A DNA stretch of 64,000 nucleotides from a virus (taxonomy: Duplodnaviria; Caudoviricetes). Numbering within the stretch: the first letter of the stretch is position 1; each line of letters begins with the position of its first letter. A program made the position numbers and the translations under genes. The notes beneath the pieces are model-generated. The model did no database searches. It was not told the origin of the DNA and worked only from the letters and a program-made list of their open reading frames with translations. Positions 18,681-27,551 of this stretch are shown here, piece after piece. The stretch covers positions 3,690 to 67,689 of the IMG/VR virus record IMGVR_UViG_3300037483_000370. One strand, given 5' to 3'.

Positions 18681-19142
18681 TTATATGCCTCTTTTATTTA
18701 ATCTTCTTATTTCCAAATATATTATTTCCAATCGTTTTATCTCTGCATCTGTTCTTGGATTCTTTTTGCCTTTATGATTTGACAAGATCACCATAGCTTT
18801 AAGCAATAATTGTTTTTGTTTTTCTTTGGCAATAAGCCTTATTTTAGGAAATAAATCTCTTAAACCATTTGATGACACATCCAATATCCAGCACGGCTTT
18901 TGACCTATACTAATGCGCTTTTTGTGATTATGTGGTATTATGGACCCATACCCAATAATATCTCGACATTTGTTAATTATATTTATATCGGTATTGGAAA
19001 TATTTAATCTTGGCTTATATGTTACCCCGGCTTTAAAGTTTTTTCGCGTTTCTTTAAATAAGCCAAGATTCCCTTCGCCATCTATTATCCCGGACAGCCA
19101 CCCTAATTCATAATCGCACCATTCGATTTTTGTCTTATTCAT
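18681..19142 (-). CDS. LAGLIDADG homing endonuclease
   Basis: LGWLSGIIDGEGN motif, ISNTD, LFPKIRLIAKEKQ. Confidence 0.85.
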   Translation of the reverse strand: MNKTKIEWCDYELGWLSGIIDGEGNLGLFKETRKNFKAGVTYKPRLNISNTDINIINKCRDIIGYGSIIPHNHKKRISIGQKPCWILDVSSNGLRDLFPKIRLIAKEKQKQLLLKAMVILSNHKGKKNPRTDAEIKRLEIIYLEIRRLNKRGI

Positions 19143-19317
19143 TACACCGACCTTAACTGGGGCTTTTCGGCATCCGACTTGACTCTAGCAGCCTCCTCCT
19201 TTTCCTCCCGGCGGCTTGTATAGCTCGCAGCCTTCAAGAAAGCCCAGCAGACCAGCAGCACAATAATAATACCCCCGATAACGATAAGTGGATGCATGAT
19301 GATCCCTCCGTTTAAAA

Positions 19318-19596
19318 TTATTTATTATTATCATCCCACATTAATATCAACAAGCAACATACCGCATGAGCAAGATGACTTCGACCGGATTCAGGGTCTT
19401 GCTTTTCCCCTCTCATCCACGCCATGATATGTCGGGGAGCGGCAGAGAAATATGGTTTTTCTTTGTCCTGGACTAGCTTCCAGCTTTCTTCGGCGTATTT
19501 AGTATTGCCATGCATCATCACCTGCACCACTTCTTCAACCTCACGCCAGGGCAATAGATGCCATTCGGTTTTACCCGTTGTTTGTTTTACGCACAT
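19318..19596 (-). CDS. DUF5664 / dATP-dGTP diphosphohydrolase-like protein
   Basis: GK.EWHLLP...V.QVM.HG..KY....W...RH..AW.RGE..DPESGRSHLAHA.CCLLIL. Confidence 0.8.
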   Translation of the reverse strand: MCVKQTTGKTEWHLLPWREVEEVVQVMMHGNTKYAEESWKLVQDKEKPYFSAAPRHIMAWMRGEKQDPESGRSHLAHAVCCLLILMWDDNNK

Positions 19597-19774
19597 TGGT
19601 TCTTGCCCTTGGCCATCTGTTCCATACGCGCCTGCTTTATGCGCTCGGTTGTGGTCATGGCCCGGCCCCTCTGCCGCGCCTTAAAAATCAGGCCAGCTCC
19701 AAAGACCAGCATTAGCCCTAGCGCGACCGTGAAAATAACTTGGATAGGTTGTATTTGATCCATGATGTCCTCCC

Positions 19775-20545
19775 CTAAGATTTATTTAATTCTGTAAGTA
19801 TGTCACCAATCCATAGTTCATAACACATGGCGGCGATCATGACGACAGCCGGATGATTAAAGGAAATCAGGTCCTCGCCCTCGGTCATGGTAGTCGAGGT
19901 CATGCTCACATATCTGATTCTACCATTCGGCGTATCCATCACGACGCCGACGTGTTGATTTTCCTCTGAATATTTCAAAATAATAAGATCCCCGGCTCGC
20001 ACCTGCGTTATCATCGTCCGCACGACTTCTGGGTTTTTATCGCGTATTGTATTGATCCGACGGACCAGCCAGGGGATACTCTCCAGGCGAAAATTTGCGC
20101 CCCAGGCCCGGTAATAAGTGTAGACGGCACCCACGCAATCAGCCTGCTTGTATTTGGGATCCCCGTTTTTGACGTATTGCCAGCCATAAAACATGGTTTT
20201 CCATTTAATGAGTTTTTCCAGCGGCGTCGCTATCTGATAAAAGTGCTGTTGGGATTTTTTCAAGGTATCAAGCTGGCCGAACACGCTATACTTGTCGCTT
20301 GATAGAATATCGGATGCCGGTCGCCATTTGATCGCGGTAATAACCACCACAATGGCCACGACCGTCCCGACAATAGATATTAAGGACAGTAGGTTAATAC
20401 CTTTGAGTGGGTAATGGAATAGTTGCCATAATCGGATCAACAACCTCGATGCTTTGCTCTTAAATACTGCGCTAAATCCTAGCGGTGCGGTCAACGCTTC
20501 CTGTACGTCGTGTTCGTCATATACTGCCGTGTTAGTACTTTCCAT
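19775..20545 (-). CDS. membrane-anchored NlpC/P60-like (Cys-His) hydrolase
   Basis: TM segment (LISIVGTVVAIVVVITAI), ADCVGAV, AGDLIIL...HVGVV. Confidence 0.5.
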   Translation of the reverse strand: MESTNTAVYDEHDVQEALTAPLGFSAVFKSKASRLLIRLWQLFHYPLKGINLLSLISIVGTVVAIVVVITAIKWRPASDILSSDKYSVFGQLDTLKKSQQHFYQIATPLEKLIKWKTMFYGWQYVKNGDPKYKQADCVGAVYTYYRAWGANFRLESIPWLVRRINTIRDKNPEVVRTMITQVRAGDLIILKYSEENQHVGVVMDTPNGRIRYVSMTSTTMTEGEDLISFNHPAVVMIAAMCYELWIGDILTELNKS

Positions 20546-20798
20546 AAGAAACCTCCATGCATTTGATCACATCCACCGAGATCGCCGGGCGGCACCGGGG
20601 ACAGAAGTATTCATTGGCATCTAGTTCGGCATTATATTCCCGGCGGGCGTTACCGATCGCCACAAACCGCCCACACGCCACACAGGATACAACCTTGCTT
20701 TCCTGTTTAGCCTTTTCGGATCTGGCCAGGGCCATGATCTCATAAGTATACTTGATACTTTTCAGTATGGGTTCAGGACAATATTGATTAAGATACAT
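20532..20798 (-). CDS. small zinc-finger protein
   Basis: CVACGRFV...FCPRC. Confidence 0.6.
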   Translation of the reverse strand: MYLNQYCPEPILKSIKYTYEIMALARSEKAKQESKVVSCVACGRFVAIGNARREYNAELDANEYFCPRCRPAISVDVIKCMEVSYGKY

Positions 20799-20814
20799 TG
20801 ATTAGATGCCTCCT

Positions 20815-21072
20815 TTAACCAAGATTCTCGCCACACTCAACACAATGAGCACACTCGGGATGATAATATTTTAGCTCCTTATGCTCGGGCGAGTGTAAAG
20901 TAATTGCCTTCATAACAGTAACGAACTGCCCGCAGGCGGCGCACTGAACGATGCCGCGCCTATCATCAATGATCTCTTTCTCGGCCCGCGCATTGCTCAT
21001 CTCCCGGTACGTCCGGTTGATGATCTTCTGCAGAGCTGGGGCCATGGTGGACGCCATATTTCTATCAATCAT
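20815..21072 (-). CDS. small zinc-finger protein
   Basis: CAACGQFV...YHPEC; paralogue of the downstream neighbour. Confidence 0.6.
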   Translation of the reverse strand: MIDRNMASTMAPALQKIINRTYREMSNARAEKEIIDDRRGIVQCAACGQFVTVMKAITLHSPEHKELKYYHPECAHCVECGENLG

Positions 21073-21404
21073 GACGCTGACTCCTCCTCCGGGTCCTCCT
21101 CATCCTCGTCAAACATATAACTCTGCCCCTCGGTACCGTCTCCCATGATCGTCTTTTCAATGGATTCCTGGACCAGTTTAATTTGGCTGCTTAATTTCTT
21201 TTTGTTCGTAAGCATCTGCAAATTCTGCTCCAGGAGCTTCCGGCAAGCCCCGATTTCACCTTCATCCAGGATAGTGTTATCAATCTGCTCGTTATTTATT
21301 TTGATCGTTTCCTTGAGGTCCTTCATTTCCGCCTTTAACTCATTCTTTTGTTCGACCATGCCCTTGAGGTATTTGAGTATTTGTGTGGCGTTCATGGGTA
21401 TCAC
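21069..21404 (-). CDS. hypothetical coiled-coil protein
   Basis: 111-aa ORF with heptad pattern and acidic tail. Confidence 0.6.
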   Translation of the reverse strand: MIPMNATQILKYLKGMVEQKNELKAEMKDLKETIKINNEQIDNTILDEGEIGACRKLLEQNLQMLTNKKKLSSQIKLVQESIEKTIMGDGTEGQSYMFDEDEEDPEEESAS

Positions 21405-21407
21405 TCC

Positions 21408-21854
21408 TTAAAAGGGAATATCTTCATCGGAGAATGGATTATTATCTGTTACACCGGGCGAATTGTTGACTTCCTTCCCGCCGGCCACGGCTCCCGGCCC
21501 TGCCTGTTGCGATACCTGATTTCCGTTCTGTGCTTGAAGGAATTGAAATTTTTCGACGACGATATCAATAGCATATCGTTTTTTGCCGTCCTCACCGTCC
21601 CAGGATCTCTGTTGCAAGCGGCCCTCAAGCCCGATTCGATGTCCTTTTTTCACATATTCTGCAATCGTCTCCCCGGTCTTGCCCCAAGCCACCAGATTGA
21701 AATATGAGACTTTCTCGACTTTGGACCCGTCCTTTACATAAGTATTGTTCGATGCGATTGCAAAACTGCATACCGAGGTTCCACCCTGGGTGTACCTGAG
21801 TTCTGGATCCTTGGTAAGACGGCCAATGCCTATCCACTTATTAAGGTCTGACAT
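21408..21854 (-). CDS. ssb: single-stranded DNA-binding protein
   Basis: LNK..GIGRLTKDPELRYT, WGKTGE, EGRLQQRSW, C-terminal DEDIPF. Confidence 0.97.
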   Translation of the reverse strand: MSDLNKWIGIGRLTKDPELRYTQGGTSVCSFAIASNNTYVKDGSKVEKVSYFNLVAWGKTGETIAEYVKKGHRIGLEGRLQQRSWDGEDGKKRYAIDIVVEKFQFLQAQNGNQVSQQAGPGAVAGGKEVNNSPGVTDNNPFSDEDIPF

Positions 21855-21871
21855 TTATCCTTCCTCCTGAT

Positions 21872-22561
21872 TTATGATTGTACCGTTTCCGGTAATTGGT
21901 TTGCTATATCATCCATGACCTGCTTGATCTCCGATTCCCCCTGGCGCGGCCCCTCAATCTGCGGCATGTTCTTGATCGCCTTGTCGAGCATGGCCAGGCC
22001 CACGGTTTGATCTCCCAGGATCTTAAACCACCGCCAGTCCACTTGCCTTTTAATGGCATCACGGGGCCCGAACAGGATCCTCGGTTCAACTTGTAACCCA
22101 GATCTGAACAGGTTTTTATAGGCTGTAACAAAATCCTTTCTGCTCCATTCCGGGTTGCCAATCCTCCGGAGGCAAAATTCATCCCAGCCACCCAGGTTGA
22201 CCACCGCTTCCTGGGCCACGGGGTCGGTGATTAACACTGAGAACCCGTTGTCAGTTGCCAAGAGGATATTCCAAGCAATTTCGGCGGCCTCTGCGGGATC
22301 CGCGCCAGCCCGCGGAAATATTTCCTCAAATACCGTGGGACTTGGCGGCACCTTATACTGGTTGCTATGCTTGATAACCAGAGTATTAAAAACCTTCTGC
22401 ATATCGCGTTCAGGCCAGCGATCCATAATATACTGCAAGGTAAGGTTTTCTGACAGTTCACTATTGAACGCACCATAATGCTGCTTAATATAAGTCACGA
22501 ATTTACTGTACGACATCATGGTTTCCATGGCCTTTCTCCTTGAGTCTTTTAACCTTTTCAT
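21872..22561 (-). CDS. helicase-loader-like protein (DUF6475-like)
   Basis: Follows the replisome organiser; AEIAW...DPVAQEAV..LGGWDEFC...KDFVTAY. Confidence 0.5.
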   Translation of the reverse strand: MKRLKDSRRKAMETMMSYSKFVTYIKQHYGAFNSELSENLTLQYIMDRWPERDMQKVFNTLVIKHSNQYKVPPSPTVFEEIFPRAGADPAEAAEIAWNILLATDNGFSVLITDPVAQEAVVNLGGWDEFCLRRIGNPEWSRKDFVTAYKNLFRSGLQVEPRILFGPRDAIKRQVDWRWFKILGDQTVGLAMLDKAIKNMPQIEGPRQGESEIKQVMDDIANQLPETVQS

Positions 22562-23543
22562 CCATGGCCGCTTGTTCGGCCTGGTGATCTATGTGTATAT
22601 TTTTGGGGTCGTCCTTAACGCAGCCATCCACCAGGTCGTCCCAATGTTTTGATAATTCAACAGGATTAAATCGCCAGGGCTGATACTTATTCTTGTTCTG
22701 GGCGACCATCATCAAAAGAATAATTTTATTGTATGTAACGGCTAATTGATTTTGAAAATCCTTATATTGCTCTTGAATATTATGGGCGAGTGTTTTCATG
22801 ACTCCCAGATAAATTTCCTTCCGGATCATGAGTTGTTCCCCAGGGTACACATCAGAGAAACGGAAATAAAAGGTGTCGAACAGTCTTTGAAAAATATCAC
22901 ATATATCGCCACCGCGAACACCGCGATATTCTGGGGACCATATTTCGGTGATAGTGGGTATATATTCCGCAGCAGAATCATTTGCTGTCAAGGCCGCCTC
23001 CCCGGAGCTGCCAGGCTCCCTGGTAAAATCAGAATTAGAATAAGAATGAGAATAAGAATTAAAATAAGAATAAGAATATGGAAAGTCCTCGAAGCCCTTC
23101 AAAGGCTTTCGAAGGTCTTGAGGGACTTTCAAAGCCTTTGCTTTCTGTATAAGATCAATAAATTGTTTATTATTTTGCATCACCCAGACCAATAATTCAT
23201 CAGGAACGCCCAACTTGATAATCTCGTTGAAATCATTGACAAACGCCTTCATATTGTTGCCATGATATTTGTTGCGCTTAATAAAATTCTTCATGCCGAT
23301 CCAGCCATTGAAATATTTGATTTTGCCATCCTGTTCAAATTTGACCAGCATCGGCATAAGCGCGTCCTTTTGATGTCCAGTTTCTCCTGTAATTTTCTTG
23401 AGTGCGATTTTATAAATTCCACACCAGTTCACAACATCATTGGTAAAGAAATAAGCGAATGCCAATTTGAGTGGTGATTTCAAATCCAATATATATTCAT
23501 CACTCCAGAAGCCGGTGTTAAAATATCTATTTTTATCCGCCAT
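22503..23543 (-). CDS. phage replisome organiser / replication initiator (lambda O/DnaD-like role)
   Basis: N-terminus RYFNTGFWSDEYI.DL...KL...YFFTN....CGIYKI, low-complexity YSYSY..S linker, position next to loader and SSB. Confidence 0.75.
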   Translation of the reverse strand: MADKNRYFNTGFWSDEYILDLKSPLKLAFAYFFTNDVVNWCGIYKIALKKITGETGHQKDALMPMLVKFEQDGKIKYFNGWIGMKNFIKRNKYHGNNMKAFVNDFNEIIKLGVPDELLVWVMQNNKQFIDLIQKAKALKVPQDLRKPLKGFEDFPYSYSYFNSYSHSYSNSDFTREPGSSGEAALTANDSAAEYIPTITEIWSPEYRGVRGGDICDIFQRLFDTFYFRFSDVYPGEQLMIRKEIYLGVMKTLAHNIQEQYKDFQNQLAVTYNKIILLMMVAQNKNKYQPWRFNPVELSKHWDDLVDGCVKDDPKNIHIDHQAEQAAMDEKVKRLKEKGHGNHDVVQ

Positions 23544-23594
23544 TTAGATCTCCAGTATATTATCTCTCACCTTCTCGATCCCTCATAAGCATGA

Positions 23595-23915
23595 TCATGG
23601 TTGAACCTCTGAATGGCTTTTTTCTTTTTTATCATAATATGTTTGTAAGTTCTCTGCGCTTATGCGCTTCCGGTTGTGAAAATAATGTTGTGCGTTTTTC
23701 TTTAACTTGTCACGTTTATGATTTTTATAATTTTGTGCGCTCTTCTCCTTTCTATGAATCCTGCAATATGAATCAAGTCCCCCACCTTTGCGATTTTTTA
23801 TTCGATAAAACTCACTATTATCTTTTACGGTTCCACATGCTGGACAATATTTAGGCGACATGATAACGTATTCCTCCTGATCTTTAAGGTTGCCCCGGCC
23901 CAAAAGCCGGGGCAC
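23595..23915 (-). CDS. hypothetical zinc-binding protein
   Basis: KYCPACG.VK..SEFY......GLDSYCR motif. Confidence 0.55.
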   Translation of the reverse strand: MPRLLGRGNLKDQEEYVIMSPKYCPACGTVKDNSEFYRIKNRKGGGLDSYCRIHRKEKSAQNYKNHKRDKLKKNAQHYFHNRKRISAENLQTYYDKKEKSHSEVQP

Positions 23916-24053
23916 ATGTCACATTATTGAATTTTTTATTTATTTGTAGATCTACCGCTATGTCTTCATACAATTTCCTTTTAATAAAATTCTGGCCTTG
24001 CCTACCTCACTCGCGTGAGGCGTATAAATAACGACCAGATATTGCGATGGCCA

Positions 24054-24749
24054 TTACTTATTTGGCCGATATGCCGTCGCTATATCATCGGTGATGGTGA
24101 GGCCCGGTACTTCCACCAGGCCGCTATTTTTCACCCATGTCTTGACTGCGCCTAGCCTCACGTCCCAAAGATCGCAGCGGTCATGTTCGGCGCAGTATTT
24201 AAAAAATGCGTTCAGGTCTGATATTTCAAATTTGACGGTAGGCTTTGCCGTAGCTGTGCTGGTGCTGGTTTTCACTGTTTTCGCCGCCATCGGAACGACG
24301 ACCGCGGGCGCAGGTTTTGGTAATGGCTTGGACTCCAACTCGATCGCTTGCTCAATCTGCCCTGCCTCTATAGCCTTCTCTTGGTCCGCCTCGCGCTTCT
24401 CCTTGGTCTTCTGGCGGGCGTCGGCGTCGGCTTTCGCCTGCGCTTCCCGCTCCTTTTTATTCACATCCAACACGTAGACTTTAATTTTCCCGTCCAGATC
24501 CTTGATGGCAGCGTCCACGGGTGCGAGCATTGCGTCCTCGTTGTCCAGGAGAGCCTGCTTTGCCTTATCCGCCTGCTGCTTGGCTGGTTTCCAGTAGTTG
24601 ACGATCCTTTTCCGCCGGGCTTTGAGGTCCGTTACCATATCAGCAGCCGCGATCCGGCTGGCTTCATCAACCACCATAATTTGCAGGGTGGTCTCCTCTA
24701 TTAATGAAGGGGGGACCACCTGTGTTGTCTGCTCTACTTCCGTATTCAT
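24054..24749 (-). CDS. coiled-coil phage protein of recombination modules (Gam/Gp157-like)
   Basis: Long helical N-terminus, VPGL.I at the C-terminus, sits in recombination cluster. Confidence 0.45.
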   Translation of the reverse strand: MNTEVEQTTQVVPPSLIEETTLQIMVVDEASRIAAADMVTDLKARRKRIVNYWKPAKQQADKAKQALLDNEDAMLAPVDAAIKDLDGKIKVYVLDVNKKEREAQAKADADARQKTKEKREADQEKAIEAGQIEQAIELESKPLPKPAPAVVVPMAAKTVKTSTSTATAKPTVKFEISDLNAFFKYCAEHDRCDLWDVRLGAVKTWVKNSGLVEVPGLTITDDIATAYRPNK

Positions 24750-26122
24750 GCCACATCCTCCTTTGTCGTCTTAATAAGAGAATTGGCATAGGTCAATAAC
24801 ACCTGGAATTGTCCACCCAGGGCGTTACGGGCCTCGGACATGATTTTGATTTTCGCCTTATTGTCTTTTGCGTTATGAGCCTCCAATATTCTGCGTTTAA
24901 ACTCATCCAACTTGATTGTTTCTGCCGTTGTGGAGTTTTTACCATTGCCATTTTGGGGAGCCGTTTTGAGGGCTGTAGGTGCCGCTTTCTTGGGCTGCAA
25001 CGATGACAGGACCTCGGACTGCAGGGGAGCCACGCAATCCAGTTCTGCCGGTGTCAAGGTCATTTCCCCAATCTGCTTTAGTGCGATATGGTAGGAGTCC
25101 ATGGTCTTACAAGCCAACAGCAGATCGCCGGCGGCCTTAAGCTTTTCGGCGTTAATATCGTCCGGCATGATAGGCTCTGTCACCAGCTCGGCGTCGATGA
25201 TCTTCTTCGCGCTGGGTTCCTGGGGCTGTTTACCGGTGGATCCCTGGTCTACTATCTCGGCATCGATGATCGTATCGGCTCCTGATTCCAGGGCTTCATC
25301 ATCCTGCTCTGCGCCTTCTTTATTATATTCGATTTGCAGGGCTGCAATTTCGCGGACCCTTTCCTCTGTGAGTAATCCGCGGATGGGTGCACCATTTTCT
25401 CTCGCATCCCGCAGCATGGCCTGGGCCTCTTGTGATAAGTTTCCAATGAGTTTAACCACAGGAAATGAATTTTGAGTACCTGGCTTTTGGCTGATCACTT
25501 TTTCAACAACCAGATCAAAAGGAACATTGACGATCGTTCCTATTTCTTCCCGCATCATATCGAACGCCGATATTATTTGAGTCCGGGAACTTTCAGCTTT
25601 TGTACTGAATGCCCAGGTACCGAAATAGCCTCGGAGTTTCGGCAGCAAAAATCTTATCGTGAGAATTGTGCTACGCGATCCCTCACCGCAGCGGTTATCA
25701 AGATCCTGCATGATTTTGGGATATTGTTCAATCGTAAAAAGCTTGTATTGTGGACGCGGGTCTCCTTTGTCGTCGGTTGCTTTCGGATCCCATAACATGA
25801 AATTGCTACCGTCGCCATAAGCATAGAGCTTGGACCCCTTTTTGGCGGATCCCTCGGCCTTGCGCCATTCGTATCGCTCATTGCAAATATGGTTGAGGTC
25901 ATCGGAGAGAAAAATGATATTCAATTTAGTCGGCTTCTCTCCAAAGGTCTTGTGAAACACGGCCTGGTAATCCCCGGTGGCTCGGAAATAATCAAGACTG
26001 ATGGGAATCTCAACCTTTTTACCTTCCTTGGTGATGATTTCCTTTTTATCACCTACTTTAATTTTTCCCAGGTCGCTCAGTCTACCATTGATCGGTTCTT
26101 CTCGTTTAATTCTTCCATTCAT
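24746..26122 (-). CDS. recombination-directionality-factor (Gp3-like) protein
   Basis: GKIKVGDKK....P.SLDYF, LRFLLP...FG.W.F.TK..SS. Likely start is MNGRIK at 26122 via ATGA overlap (track gives 26209). Confidence 0.6.
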   Translation of the reverse strand: MNGRIKREEPINGRLSDLGKIKVGDKKEIITKEGKKVEIPISLDYFRATGDYQAVFHKTFGEKPTKLNIIFLSDDLNHICNERYEWRKAEGSAKKGSKLYAYGDGSNFMLWDPKATDDKGDPRPQYKLFTIEQYPKIMQDLDNRCGEGSRSTILTIRFLLPKLRGYFGTWAFSTKAESSRTQIISAFDMMREEIGTIVNVPFDLVVEKVISQKPGTQNSFPVVKLIGNLSQEAQAMLRDARENGAPIRGLLTEERVREIAALQIEYNKEGAEQDDEALESGADTIIDAEIVDQGSTGKQPQEPSAKKIIDAELVTEPIMPDDINAEKLKAAGDLLLACKTMDSYHIALKQIGEMTLTPAELDCVAPLQSEVLSSLQPKKAAPTALKTAPQNGNGKNSTTAETIKLDEFKRRILEAHNAKDNKAKIKIMSEARNALGGQFQVLLTYANSLIKTTKEDVA

Positions 26123-26403
26123 GATTTGCTTCCTCCAGTGTTTAATTTTGATAAATATTTCAATAGGTTGGCGATTCCGTAGCCCCCGCGACCTGCCGGA
26201 TGCCGCCATTTCCCGGTTGTCGGCCAGAAATTGATCGTCTTACCATTGACTCTGATGATTAAATGCAACCCATAGTTTTTACTCTCAAAACTATAACCCG
26301 CATCCCGTAATTGCTGTTCCGGATTGATCCGTTTATAATTAGCCTCTTTGCGTTCTTTTCTGAACGCTTTCACATCCCGCCATAGATCTCCCATGTCGCC
26401 CAT
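26119..26403 (-). CDS. hypothetical phage protein
   Basis: MGDMGDLWRD...INFWPTTGKW. Confidence 0.65.
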   Translation of the reverse strand: MGDMGDLWRDVKAFRKERKEANYKRINPEQQLRDAGYSFESKNYGLHLIIRVNGKTINFWPTTGKWRHPAGRGGYGIANLLKYLSKLNTGGSKS

Positions 26404-27506
26404 TACAGTAACCTCGCCTGTTCAGTCTTATCGGTTTCCTGGCAGGCTGCCTCATGCTCGATGAGCGCGCCAAGAGGATCTACCTCGACGAAAACCGCGG
26501 TCAGGTCAGTTTCCAGGGATACTTCTCCGCCAAAAAACTCGGTCCGCGGTGTTATTGTCATATTCATAGGATCCGCGTGGAAGGCTTGTAACCACAAAGG
26601 CCAGAGTGCGGCGTGGACGGGATTATTTTGTTGTTTGAATTGATACGGGATGACGGTTGACCCCACGGGAAGCCGGTATTCTTTACAGCAGTAGCTCCAG
26701 AGTTCTTCTATCGGTAACTCCGGATGCTCTTTATTCCACATTGGTTCATAGCCACGGAGTTGTATCCCATCGGTATCATAAAACCCCGTGAGCCGAGATT
26801 TTTTATCCACCATAATGAGTTTGCGCTTTTTTGTGATGATCGCAGTTTTCCCTCGTCCTTCTTTTTCTTCGAATGTAGCCCAGGCTACCAGGTCAATGGT
26901 ACCCGCTGCCAATCCATCCGGGTCCATGATCGGATATTCGATTGCCACCGGGGATATTTCATAATCCCTGACCCAGGTTAAAAAACCATAGATGTCTTTG
27001 CAGGTATCGCGTTCAGCGTGTGCAAGCCAACGCCTGCCCTCGACGAGATTATATCCCTCCTGTTGGTAAAATGCTCCCAAATCGGCATCCAACCAGGCTC
27101 GGTCCAAGTAGATTTTTTCATGCCGGAGCAACCGATCAGTCAGAATGTGAAAATACGTTCCGTAATTAGCTGAACATTCTGAATACCAATCACAATATTC
27201 AGCAGTATGGTCCTTAAACCATTTTAATAGGAAATAATTCATCGGCCCACAGGTTGACTCGACCGTGGTAACTCCGGGAGCAATCAAGATCCGGCCATCC
27301 TCGTACACGGCCACATAGAGACGTTTCCCTTTGTTGTCCAGCCGATATAGCCGGTATGTCTGCTCAACCAGATACTCTGGGTCCAGGAAGTTGGCCCTAA
27401 CCTGCTCCAGCTCATCGATCGATACAGGAATAGACTTGGGCTGCTCGGGGATCGGAATGATCCGGCCTGATGTTAGTTGTTGTTTGTTTGCCAGTGCCGT
27501 TTCCAT
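26403..27506 (-). CDS. PD-(D/E)XK exonuclease (RecB/lambda-exo-like)
   Basis: PGVTT, GTYFH, AIEYPI, AGTIDLV, MVDKKS, IQLRGY. Confidence 0.75.
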   Translation of the reverse strand: METALANKQQLTSGRIIPIPEQPKSIPVSIDELEQVRANFLDPEYLVEQTYRLYRLDNKGKRLYVAVYEDGRILIAPGVTTVESTCGPMNYFLLKWFKDHTAEYCDWYSECSANYGTYFHILTDRLLRHEKIYLDRAWLDADLGAFYQQEGYNLVEGRRWLAHAERDTCKDIYGFLTWVRDYEISPVAIEYPIMDPDGLAAGTIDLVAWATFEEKEGRGKTAIITKKRKLIMVDKKSRLTGFYDTDGIQLRGYEPMWNKEHPELPIEELWSYCCKEYRLPVGSTVIPYQFKQQNNPVHAALWPLWLQAFHADPMNMTITPRTEFFGGEVSLETDLTAVFVEVDPLGALIEHEAACQETDKTEQARLL

Positions 27507-27551
27507 GATAATAACCTCCTACTGTTATTGCTGGGAACACTGTGTAAATCC

